A stretch of DNA of 63,980 nt, the filler included, from Welwitschia mirabilis (taxonomy: Eukaryota), in the NCBI GenBank assembly GCA_051453625.1. It is 7 parts of one record of this genome, joined end to end, with 100 filler letters (N's around TTAATTAATTAA, not from the genome) between each part and the next. Parts side by side here need not be neighbours in the genome. Positions count along the whole stretch, not along the records: positions 51,130 to 55,220 come from JBOZIK010000001.1; positions 55,321 to 58,058 come from JBOZIK010000001.1; positions 58,159 to 62,422 come from JBOZIK010000001.1; 4 more parts are not named here. One strand, 5' to 3'. Shown here piece after piece: positions 51,130 to 62,522 of the stretch. A program made the translations under genes and the position numbers. How positions within the stretch are numbered: the first letter of the stretch is position 1; the number at the start of each line of letters is the position of its first letter. The notes under the pieces were generated by a model, which saw nothing but the letters and a program-made list of their open reading frames with translations, searched no databases and was not told the DNA's origin.

Positions 51130-53055
51130 GTAACTTTTGATTTAGACCTTCATTGTTCTACACACTTGAAACCTTAGATATTACCATAACCACTACCTTT
51201 TTGAATGAACTTTATTGAGTTAATACATTTTGACATGCATCCTTACTTAGGTAATGTTATGATGTTTTCCTTTGAAGTTTGCTATGTTAGTACTTAGAAT
51301 AGGTAAACAATCTTCTTTTTATTCCTTATGTCTATTTCCCCTCTGCTTTTCTTCTGTTTTCATGTCTACTATTTTCTAATCATTTCCACATTTTCTTCTT
51401 TTTCTTAGGACTTTACTTGTTTACTAGTTTTCATTCCAGTCATTTTTGCATTTTTCTTTTTCGTTAGTTTAGGCAATTCAGGATGCATTGCACATTTTAA
51501 GTGGGGGAAAAACACACATATTTTTAATATTTCTGATACAATTTTTTTAATTATAAGTAAACATTATTGTAGATCCTCCTTTTGAACCATCTACTGAAAT
51601 AGGATCCCTTGATTTTTACATGATTATCTTTGCATTGACTGTTTATCATAGTGAGGAGTTAATCATCAGTATTATTAATTAAGAAAATATTTGCTTTTTG
51701 TCATAGGTTTCAGCTTTAGAAAATCTTTTGAGAAGCCTGTTGTCCCCATTATTGTCTAGACGACATACCAAATGACTGATTTCACAGATACTTTATAGGT
51801 ATTTTTCAGTTTTTGAAATTTTTAGAAATTCAGTCTATTATTGATATATGTCAAATGCTTTCTTTAGATATCCTAGCTATTTTTATTATTCCAAAGTTGG
51901 CTCACAACCATGGTTTACTGCCTAGTTTTGTTAGGGACTGACAAGGGTAAGTGGGGGACTATGTTGCACCACTAACTTACAGTATTTGATAGAGTATTTT
52001 GAGTTATTTTGCAAGTGAATTAATAGATAAATGCTTAATTCTTATGATAATCGAGAATCGAGATGAAAAGAATGAAAACATGTAGTTTCTAGATAAATTA
52101 CAAGTATTTCATGCAGATATAGATAAATATTATTTTGGATAATGATTCTTGCAAACAACTGAGTGATTAGATTGACGGCTTAATAAAAGACTGTCGTCCA
52201 CCTAATCGTTTGGATATCATAAGCGGATGACATCTCAAATAGGACGATAACAAGTTCACATGAAATTAATAAGTAGTTATACTAGAAGTTAAATAAATGT
52301 CTAATTATCAGTTTTCATTGTCTCATCCATCATCTAGACGATTAGAAAGATGACACTATTCTTTCACATTTTTACTGAATGTTTTTTTGAGTTGTCGCCA
52401 CCTCTTTGCGAATTTACTTTACATGTCAACTAGGGTTTTTTCTCTACTTCTCTGTTAGTTTTCCTTCCTTTTTTGTCTATAAATAAAGGTCTCCCCCTCG
52501 ATCCCTAATCATCTTTGATAGTACCTGACATTCTCATGATAGAAGATCTTGGGACCGAAGAATCATCTTGTAATCCAGAGAGATGTTACCTTGGTGTTGG
52601 GCGGTGTATCCTTCATTGAGGAATGACTACTTTGTGATACAAATGCCTTTTATATTTTTAATATAAATTATCCTTTTTGTTTAATATATGTAGGAATCTC
52701 TCCCTCATAGTTTATGTTATTTAAGATTCATGACAGGTTTCTTCTATTATATAGATTATGAGGGCAGCCTTTGTCAAGGTTAAGCTTAATTAGTTTAGGT
52801 GCATTATTATTNNNNNNNNNNNNNNNNNNNNNNNNNNNNNNNNNNNNNNNNNNNNNNNNNNNNNNNNNNNNNNNNNNNNNNNNNNNNNNNNNNNNNNNNN
52901 NNNNNNNNNNNNNNNNNNNNNNNNNNNNNNNNNNNNNNNNNNNNNNNNNNNNNNNNNNNNNNNNNNNNNNNNNNNNNNNNNNNNNNNNNNNNNNNNNNNN
53001 NNNNNNNNGGATTTAGATTAAAGCATGAAACATTACATAAATATGCACCGCAACA
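51130..53055 (+). mobile_element. Athila-like 3' UTR and 3' LTR (51962-53055)
   Basis: Internal PPT-like TTAAGTGGGGGA ~51500; hairpin plus PPT GTGGGGGACTA 51928-51961; TGTTGC...GCAACA LTR termini. Confidence 0.85.
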
Positions 53056-53647
53056 TAGTACTATAAGTTATATATATCATTAAAGGATGTGTAATGCATG
53101 AGTCCTATTTTTACAAGATCTGTAACTACTTCTCTATAAAATATTTTTCTGATAAGAAAATTCTTTTTAGAAGGTTTTATTGTAGGCCATATTACTAAGG
53201 TTTTTGTTCATGCACTCTAGTTTCTTTATAAGAGAGTTGTTGCAATGCCTATTTGTGCTTCTAATTTTAATATTCTAAAGATTAAATTTAACTTGCAACA
53301 NNNNNNNNNNNNNNNNNNNNNNNNNNNNNNNNNNNNNNNNNNNNNNNNNNNNNNNNNNNNNNNNNNNNNNNNNNNNNNNNNNNNNNNNNNNNNNNNNNNN
53401 NNNNNNNNNNNNNNNNNNNNNNNNNNNNNNNNNNNNNNNNNNNNNNNNNNNNNNNNNNNNNNNNNNNNNNNNNNNNNNNNNNNNNNNNNNNNNNNNNNNN
53501 NNNNNNNNNNNNNNNNNNNNNNNNNNNNNNNNNNNNNNNNNNNNNNNNNNNNNNNNNNNNNNNNNNNNNNNNNNNNNNNNNNNNNNNNNNNNNNNNNNNN
53601 NNNNNNNNNNNNNNNNNNNNNNNNNNNNNNNNNNAGTAATTTATGAT

Positions 53648-55220
53648 TGTTGTAATGCATATTTGTGCTTCCAATTCCAATATTCTAAAGATTAAATTTA
53701 ACTTGCAACATTTGAAAAGCTAAATATCTAATTGCATACAATACACATTTGTATAGTGGGATCAACCCAAATGTCTTACACTTAGAGAAGACTTCTACAA
53801 GAGAATTTGGAATATTGATTTTATAAAGAGAATAATGATATATTTTTAGAATTTTAATTTAAATAAAATAAAACTAAACAATGCAAAATAAAGATGGAAT
53901 GTAATGCAATGCAATGAAATGAAATGTAATGAATGTAATTCTAATGCAATTAATTAATTAAAATTACAATCTAATATTACTTAAATTATTTCTTATAACC
54001 TATTTTAATTACAAATTCATGTCATTTAAATTTCAATTAAAATAAGCTATAAGGAAGAATAATAAATCATTTGAAAATATTTCAATTCAATCAATACTTT
54101 TATTAATAAAATTAAAGTACATCCACTTATAACAACAACTCCTTAATGAAAGATTCACTGCCTAATATCAAGGTAATCCTTCTCACATGTAGGATGAATC
54201 TCCTTGCCTTTAATAATCTCCAATTATTATAAGAATGTAGATACAAAAGATGATATTCAATAAGGTCTAAAAGGGCCTATTTATAGGTTGAGATAGGTTG
54301 CTAAAGGATGTAAAACAAAGAGGTATAAGTTACATCCACCCTTTCATAACAATTTGATTAAATTTACAAAATATTTTGAGTGTTATCCCTCATGTCATCC
54401 CCATGACAACTAGGATGACATCCCATTTGCCAACTAATGCTGTTGAAAAACTGACTGTCATCCTAATCGTCATCTTCATGACATAGAGGACAACCATATC
54501 TTTTCTAACTATCATCTCCTCTATTGTCCTCATGACATGGAGAATGAGTAATATATCTTCATTAAATTTATTTGGTTCATCATTATCCAAAAATGGCTTC
54601 TTACATGGAAAATTATTTCATCTTTTGATTTGTATAGAAGCTTTATAGAATTTGCGTAAATCCTTGGAAAAATGTGTCAATAGGACCTAAAAATGTACTT
54701 TACAAGTGTATTAAATAGGTCAAGTTGGCATTACAATATAGCCCTTCATTTAGCATTTATTAGTTCCTAACAAAGTAAGATAATAATAAGTTGCAAGCCA
54801 ATTGACAAAAAGAAACTTAAAACATGTATGTCATTTAAAATTAAGAGTACAACATGTGAAATACATCTATGAAAAATCATAAGTAAAATTTATGTATATT
54901 ATAAATCATTAAATTTAACATAGGATAAGATTTCATGATTGCAAGATTTAGTGGTAGAGGAGGTTATAAAAAGGAATATTATTAAAGGAAATAAGAGCAT
55001 TAATACTATCATGTGAAAGAATGATTAAGGTAGAGGTCAATTTGATTTAACATATAATAATTAAGTGATGAAAAATGTAACAAGTAGACTAGAAAATGAA
55101 AAAGTCCTAAACATTATTTTGGAAGAGGTAAGAAAGATAAATTTAAGAAGATAAACCATAAACTAAGATAAGACAAAAAGAAAAATGGAGAAGATAGAAC
55201 ATGAAGAAGATTAACTTTTT
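53648..55220 (-). mobile_element. Athila-like 3' LTR (53648-54738) and 3' UTR; a second LTR end starts at 53238
   Basis: TGTTGT...ACAATA termini, followed by decayed PPT/hairpin TAGCCCTTCATTTAGC..TTAGTTCCTAACAAAG and TTGCAAGCCAA as in the other copies. Confidence 0.75.
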
Positions 55221-55320
55221 NNNNNNNNNNNNNNNNNNNNNNNNNNNNNNNNNNNNNNNNNNNNTTAATTAATTAANNNNNNNNNNNNNNNNNNNNNNNN
55301 NNNNNNNNNNNNNNNNNNNN
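55221..55320. other. Artificial contig linker 4
   Basis: 44N-TTAATTAATTAA-44N. Confidence 0.97.
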
Positions 55321-58058
55321 GATACTAAAATTTTTATTGCATATATGACATTCCATCATCCCTATGTGAGTATCAATGACACATGGGCGAATGCATGAAA
55401 GGGCCTTCCTAAAAGTACAGGGTATCCACCATTATGTTCAACCTCTATAATGACCACATATATAGGGTAGAAAGCTTCCTAAATTTAAATCAGTATATTT
55501 GTGATTAGTCCTATAGGTTTCTTAATTGATGCATTAGCCAATTCCAACACTATAGGTTCAATTATTCCTTCTAATTCAAGCTTTTTATAAATGTGTAAAG
55601 GCATGATATTGATACTTTCTCCTATCTATTAGAGCTTTCTTGGTTTTCTTATTTCCTTAAAAATAACACCAATAATGGCTACACTTTAACCTTTAAACTT
55701 AAGACGTTTTTTAGAAACTAAGTTGAAAAGAGATTGTGTAATAAATACTTTACTTGGGATTATTCTATTTTATTTTATTTTTACTAAGTTCTTCCAAATT
55801 TTGTTGTACTTGGGGATGTATTAAAGGATCTTCCAAAAGGATAGGTTAACAGTAACATCATTCATAATTGCTTTCAAACATTCATCATAAGTTGGATTAT
55901 TTTTTGATCTTTCCAGCCATGGGGTATTCTTCTCCTTAGGATGTTAGTTGTTGTTATTAGATTTAAGGAAGTTTAGTTGATTAAGAATTTTAATATTAGC
56001 TTCTTGAAGTTTTTTCTTTATGGACAGAAGTTGAACATTTCTTATGATTATATCTACTTTTAATTACTACTTTTCAATCTTTTTTTACATCATTTGGATT
56101 TGGAATAGTTTTAGTGATAAGTGATCCTTGAGATCTTTGATTTCCTAACATGTTTTGATGAAGGAGGCCAATCAAATTTTTTGAGTTTTTATTCTAATTT
56201 TCTAAGATTTCATTAATGGTATCTTGTGTCTTTTTGAGTTCCTCCATCATTTTTTTATAATGATCACTTTTATCATATTTGGAAAAGTTGGGATAAGAGC
56301 TATGACTTCTATATTTGTTATGAAATAAAGGTTAAAAAGATGTTGAAGGTCCATTATTTCCTAGTGGATATTATTGGTTGCCTCTAATGTTATTTCTCCT
56401 TTAAGTAAATGCATAAACTTCCTTGAATATGGCCTCTCTACAAGTTGGTAAAGCTAGGCATTCCTTGGTAGAGTGATAGTTTTTATTACATATTTCACAA
56501 TGGTTGACTTGATTTAGTAAATTTGCATCAGTTAAAGCTTTTGTGTAACTCTCCAGTGTACTAATAAGATCACTAAGTAGGGTGTTAACATTTGATTATT
56601 CTTCTTCATGTTGCACTTTTTTCAAGTCTCTAAGCGTTACACCTAAAATTCTAGTATCTTTACATATAGTTTTTGGCCAATTTTAACTTCTTTTTATAAG
56701 GTTTTCCAATAAGTTCTAAGCATTGTATAAGGTTAAATTGATTAAATCTCCATCACATGAAAAATCTATCATTTGTTTAGTTTAACTATTTAATCCATTA
56801 TAAAAGTGACTAATAAGTACTTATTTTTCAAACTTATTCATTGGGTTGGATGACATGCCAATTAAGAATTTTTAATATGTTGAGGAATAATCTTCATAAG
56901 GGTATTGTTAAAAATTTATTACTTCTTTTCTTTTTATACTCATGACTATCTCATTCATGAACCATTTGATATCGACTTCTGGTACATGATTCCATGACTT
57001 AAGAATTCTATGTAAAATGGTTTTAACCTAATTTTTTTCTTTTCCTTTTAAGGTAAAAGGAAATATTATCATGTGGGTCCTATTTAAAATTTTATTTTTC
57101 CCATTTCCTCAGGTAAGGATGAATTGTTCAATATCAACTATGTGTTGGAAGGGGTCTTTACTAGGTTCTCTAAGATATGAATTTAAGTTTTTTAACTCTA
57201 CATCATCTCCAGGGGGTAGGTTAAATGGATTTTAAAGTTTCCTCTTTTTATCCTTTAAAGTAATATTAGATAAGTGACGATTTCTTGGATGCCATAGAGG
57301 TAAGAGTATTAGGATGATTAGGCAAAGGAGAAAAGGTAGGATTTTTAGTAGAACTTGGTTGATTTTAAAAAATTTTCAAAGACTTAGAAGTATGCAAATG
57401 AGAAATAGTAAATTAGAATAATTGTCTTGCTTAATTAAAGAATTAATTTTTTCTTTCTCATCTTGAGTTCTTAAATTAAAGTCCACCAAACCTTCTTTAA
57501 TTACTTCATCAAGGAAATTCTTTTTCATGGGTATATTTGCCTTTATTGCTATTTACCATTACCCTGTAAGATCAAGTTATGTTAAAACAAACTTCTTTAC
57601 ATTCAAGTGACATCAATCTCTAGGATCACTCAAAAGTGTAAGGAGTAGGATCTACCAAATAAATGTGGCAATCACTTAGATTGAAGAAGCGTAAAGTGTA
57701 GGTCAAGATTATTGCAAATAATAATAATCAATGTTGTAGTCCCTAAGATCACACGAAGTATGAGGAGTAAACCTAATAGATTGCTGAATTGAAATATGAA
57801 TTCTTAAAATTTCACTTGAAAGTAAAGAAAGCAAAATTACAAGAAATAAAAATTACAATTTTTAAGGAAAAAAATTAAAGTACACTCTAAATGGATAATT
57901 AAATAATTACTTGTAGACAAAAAGGTAATTAAGTAACTATAAGTAAATCCAAAGGGATAAAATACAATACTACTTAAACAAACAAAATGAAATGAATTCA
58001 AAATACTTACTTGAGCAATGATAATATTTCTTTTCTCTAGATGTCTTCCCTAGCAATG
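55321..58058 (-). mobile_element. Athila-like internal region: PBS, leader, gag and protease remnants (same family as C)
   Basis: Minus strand: CATTGCTAGGGAAG PBS remnant at the linker; FNLPPGDDVELKNL..REPSKDPFQHI; IFPFTLKGK; HFYNGLN..TKQMIDFSCDG; CEICNKNYHSTKECL; SINIMPLHIY..LELANASIKKPIG..PVLLGRPF. Confidence 0.88.
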
Positions 58059-58158
58059 NNNNNNNNNNNNNNNNNNNNNNNNNNNNNNNNNNNNNNNNNN
58101 NNTTAATTAATTAANNNNNNNNNNNNNNNNNNNNNNNNNNNNNNNNNNNNNNNNNNNN
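58059..58158. other. Artificial contig linker 5
   Basis: 44N-TTAATTAATTAA-44N. Confidence 0.97.
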
Positions 58159-59659
58159 AGGTGAGGCAAGTTTCTTTTTTTTGTTTTTTTTTTTTTTTTG
58201 GAAATAGTTGTTAGATCCATGTTTTTTGGATCTAAGATGAGACTCGTGAGGAAAGATTAGAATGAGATCAGGGTGGAAGTTATGAGACATCCTGTATAAA
58301 TTAACTTTGAAAGATAATGAAAAACATGCCTAGCCATTGTCCCCAGCATGGCCAGGGGCTGGGGCATCCATGTTTGAAAAATATTTTCTATGTTTTGAAT
58401 ACATGATGTTTATCAATTCATGGGTATCAATTTATGGTTTTCTGTCTGTGTCTTGGGCTTTCAAACCCTTCAAAAATGATCCCTCATAAAGGGTAACCCT
58501 TGCAGAATTTATCCTTTTATTAGTTTTAGTTTTAGTTGAGTAAAGCAAACATGCTTTACGTGCATGGGAACCAACAAGTGAGCTTGTCACGTAGCCACTA
58601 AGTACTAGAGTGGTCTTTTTGGAGTCTTATTTGATAATCAAAATACTCTTTTAGCTTATATTTTGGGCAAGATTCAATGAAAGCTCAACATTATTAGTAG
58701 AATGGCCTAACAAATATCTTTATTTGTTGAATTGTAGAACTCATATGATCTAAAGCTTGGTGCATAGTATAGTTGGTTCAACCCATGTCTATAAGTCATT
58801 GGGAGCATCAAAGCCTCGGTTTCAAATCTTATGGTGTGCAGTTTGGCTTGTGCTTTATATCCATGTATACAAGGTGCATGGAGGTGGGGGCTTNNNNNNN
58901 NNNNNNNNNNNNNNNNNNNNNNNNNNNNNNNNNNNNNNNNNNNNNNNNNNNNNNNNNNNNNNNNNNNNNNNNNNNNNNNNNNNNNNNNNNNNNNNNNNNN
59001 NNNNNNNNNNNNNNNNNNNNNNNNNNNNNNNNNNNNNNNNNNNNNNNNNNNNNNNNNNNNNNNNNNNNNNNNNNNNNNNNNNNNNNNNNNNNNNNNNNNN
59101 NNNNNNNNNNNNNNNNNNNNNNNNNNNNNNNNNNNNNNNNNNNNNNNNNNNNNNNNNNNNNNNNNNNNNNNNNNNNNNNNNNNNNNNNNNNNNNNNNNNN
59201 NNNNNNNNNNNNNNNNNNNNNNNNNNNNNNNNNNNNNNNNNNNNNNNNNNNNNNNNNNNNNNNNNNNNNNNNNNNNNNNNNNNNNNNNNNNNNNNNNNNN
59301 NNNNNNNNNNNNNNNNNNNNNNNNNNNNNNNNNNNNNNNNNNNNNNNNNNNNNNNNNNNNNNNNNNNNNNNNNNNNNNNNNNNNNNNNNNNNNNNNNNNN
59401 NNNNNNNNNNNNNNNNNNNNNNNNNNNNNNNNNNNNNNNNNNNNNNNNNNNNNNNNNNNNNNNNNNNNNNNNNNNNNNNNNNNNNNNNNNNNNNNNNNNN
59501 NNNNNNNNNNNNNNNNNNNNNNNNNNNNNNNNNNNNNNNNNNNNNNNNNNNNNNNNNNNNNNNNNNNNNNNNNNTGGCTTGTGCTTTATATCCATGTATA
59601 AAATGTGCATCGAGGGGGGGGATTCAAGGTCTTAGGTATAAATCATACCAATACCCAGA

Positions 59660-60300
59660 CATTTGGTTATGAGCTTCTAAGCTAGCAAGGGCCACCCATG
59701 AGTTTCATGTAGTCAAGCAAACCAGTGACCTAGGAAGTGTGGTATGGTTTCCTATCAAAAAATTTTATAATGGGAAAAGAACGAGAAAACTCATATGATC
59801 TACATGGCCATGAAGCAAACAAGGCCCAAACATTTACTTTGTTCTCGATCTTGTGATAGTCAGCAACAAAGAGAACTTTCAGTCTAAGAATTGCAGCAAA
59901 ATCAATCTTGCCCATAGTCATCAGTTGTTGCATCTGACTTACGGATATATCAAAGGGTTCTCAGATAATCACTTAACATTCATAGGAGATGTTATACTTC
60001 TCTAAAATCAGTAGCTGTTGCTCCAACTAAGTAATCTTCTACATGCATTCAACCAAAATCACCTTGATGTTGTCTTTTTGATGGCCTCATCTTCTTCAAT
60101 AGTTCATCACGAAACTTGTTCAATTTAGTAATCTATTTTGCAGGATCGAAGCCTTCCTTTTGAGCTATTGATCATTGCTCCATTTTCAATAGGATCATTT
60201 AAGATTTGCCTTAATTAAGCAACTGGAGGAGACTATCTAAGGCATTTGCTTTAGAAAAGTTTCTATTGATGTAAATTCCTTTCCCTAGGGATGGGAAGGA
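59660..60300 (-). pseudogene. Very degenerate Copia gag (UBN2-like) remnant
   Basis: Traces SDYL..VSQM..YG and (E)LMG..SLEAH (cf. DELMGSLxAHE) across frameshifts; LTR-like segment at about 60769-61140. Confidence 0.35.
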
Positions 60301-62422
60301 CAACAATCTCCACTTTCTAGGGTGAAGCAAACTCTACTTGTTTTTGAGGGCTGCTAGAAATTAGCTACCCCAAATAAGCCCCCATGTACAGAGTAACCAG
60401 GGAGCAACATAGAGCACGGACAAGGCCAAGTTAGAAAACCTCATGAAACAAAAGGCTTTGTTAAAGAAAAGAGGTAAAGGGCAAGAAAAGGGAATGCTTC
60501 CAAAGGAAGGAGGTATCCTCCAAGTTGCTCCAAGGTTCCATAATAGAGGAGATGGAATAGATTTTTGGGTTGGGAATAGAGTTTTCAAAGGGATCTTGTC
60601 CCATGGCTACGACAAGGGCAAGCAAAGTTCTTCCGAAAAGGGGACACGGGATCACCTTAAGGGTGGTCCTCCTCCCTTGCTTATGAAACAACGGTTATAT
60701 CTCCCTCATGGAAAGGAGGTTGCCTTAAGCAACGTCCTTCTCACCTCCCTTTTGATGTGCCTATAAATTGTAAGTGCTAGAGAATGAGAGAAGAAGAACA
60801 ATTTATTACAATAAAAAAAACTTTTAATTGTAAAAATATCACTTCCCCCTCAAAGGAAGGAAGGAGAGAGTATATATAGGTCTTCCTAGACTAGAGAGAG
60901 GAAAACAACTAACAGATCTCAATATATAGAAAGGAAAACAACTATTCTTAAACTTGAGGAAAACTCATAAATGAATCTTCAAAATAAAGCCTTGAAAGAA
61001 AGGAGGATTTTCTATCTTCTTGCAGGTTTTCTTCATGAACGAAATCTGTCATCAGCTAACTCAAGTTACAAAGAGTGCCATTCATGGAAATTGAGACTAT
61101 TATTTGAGCATGGGAAGGGAAGCCACTAAAGTTTTAACATCACAAGACTAGAGGATAACTGGGAATAGAAGTGAATAGATGACATAGAGAGGGTTCCCTA
61201 GATGTGAGGACTTAGAAGCAAGAGAGGAAGAGAAAAACTGTATCTCTAAGCTAAGAGCAAACAGGAGGTAATGACGTGGAAGAAAGGGAGGAAAATATAT
61301 TGATGTAGGCATAGATAACTTCTTGGTGTTGTCTTCAAACTAGTTGTGGGCCCATGTTATTGTGACTACTTGCAGATTGATGTAGAAACACCACAGAAAC
61401 TTGGCAAGTCCCTAATGGTTCTAGAAAGGTCAACCTTAGAAGTCTTCTAGATCTAATGTACTAGAGCTTGACGGACATGTTCATTAAGAGGGAAGCTGGA
61501 CGAGAGGGTTTAAGGAATTCTAGAACTCATAGGCACCTTAGAGATAATTGTGAGGAGGACCTTGCTTAGGGAAACCTTCTTTCCATGAGGGAGAGATAAG
61601 CTTTGTTTAGTAAGTAGCAAAGAAGACCACCCAATGATTAAATAGTCGGCAAAAGTAAAAAGTCGGCAATCTCAAAAAAAGAGTCGGGTCGTCAAGTCAG
61701 AGACTAGTCAGCAAAAAAGTTGGTTAAAAAGGTCGGCAGTAAAAAAGCATTAAAAAAACCATTTTCCTTTAAATTCAACAATGTAAGACATTAGTGATCA
61801 CATTTTGGATATATGTAACCCTTTACTAAGGTGATCANNNNNNNNNNNNNNNNNNNNNNNNNNNNNNNNNNNNNNNNNNNNNNNNNNNNNNNNNNNNNNN
61901 NNNNNNNNNNNNNNNNNNNNNNNNNNNNNNNNNNNNNNNNNNNNNNNNNNNNNNNNNNNNNNNNNNNNNNNNNNNNNNNNNNNNNNNNNNNNNNNNNNNN
62001 NNNNNNNNNNNNNNNNNNNNNNNNNNNNNNNNNNNNNNNNNNNNNNNNNNNNNNNNNNNNNNNNNNNNNNNNNNNNNNNNNNNNNNNNNNNNNNNNNNNN
62101 NNNNNNNNNNNNNNNNNNNNNNNNNNNNNNNNNNNNNNNNNNNNNNNNNNNNNNNNNNNNNNNNGCAATAAAAAAGCATTAAAAAAACCATTTTCCTTTA
62201 AATTCAACAATGTAATACATTAGTGATCACATTTTGGATATATGTAACCCTTTACTAAGGTGATCAGAAGTTCTAAATGAACATTTTTTAAGTGCATGGC
62301 AACCCTTACCAATTGAATCTTGAAGCATACAATTAAAAATTTGAGACCACAGTTGACATATATAACCTAGTGCTAATGGGTGAGAAGACTAACTCTAAGA
62401 ATAAAACTTTATTTCTATTATT

Positions 62423-62522
62423 NNNNNNNNNNNNNNNNNNNNNNNNNNNNNNNNNNNNNNNNNNNNTTAATTAATTAANNNNNNNNNNNNNNNNNNNNNN
62501 NNNNNNNNNNNNNNNNNNNNNN
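62423..62522. other. Artificial contig linker 6
   Basis: 44N-TTAATTAATTAA-44N. Confidence 0.97.

Noticed and set aside
60443..60766. 107-aa ORF as a host gene
   Set aside because: No recognisable domain or splice structure; overlaps the inverted-repeat / TE debris.
25495..62223. Long ORFs made mostly of X (25495, 25550, 52771, 53226, 58757, 58773, 61791 etc.)
   Set aside because: Artefacts of translating through N runs.
12297..62266. Near-identical direct repeats flanking N gaps (e.g. 12617/12761, 21415/21686, 26310/26495, 35455/35605, 38090/38262, 50117/50287, 58843/59576, 61736/62165)
   Set aside because: Always abut a gap and are nearly identical, unlike the old repeats; most likely unmerged contig overlaps.
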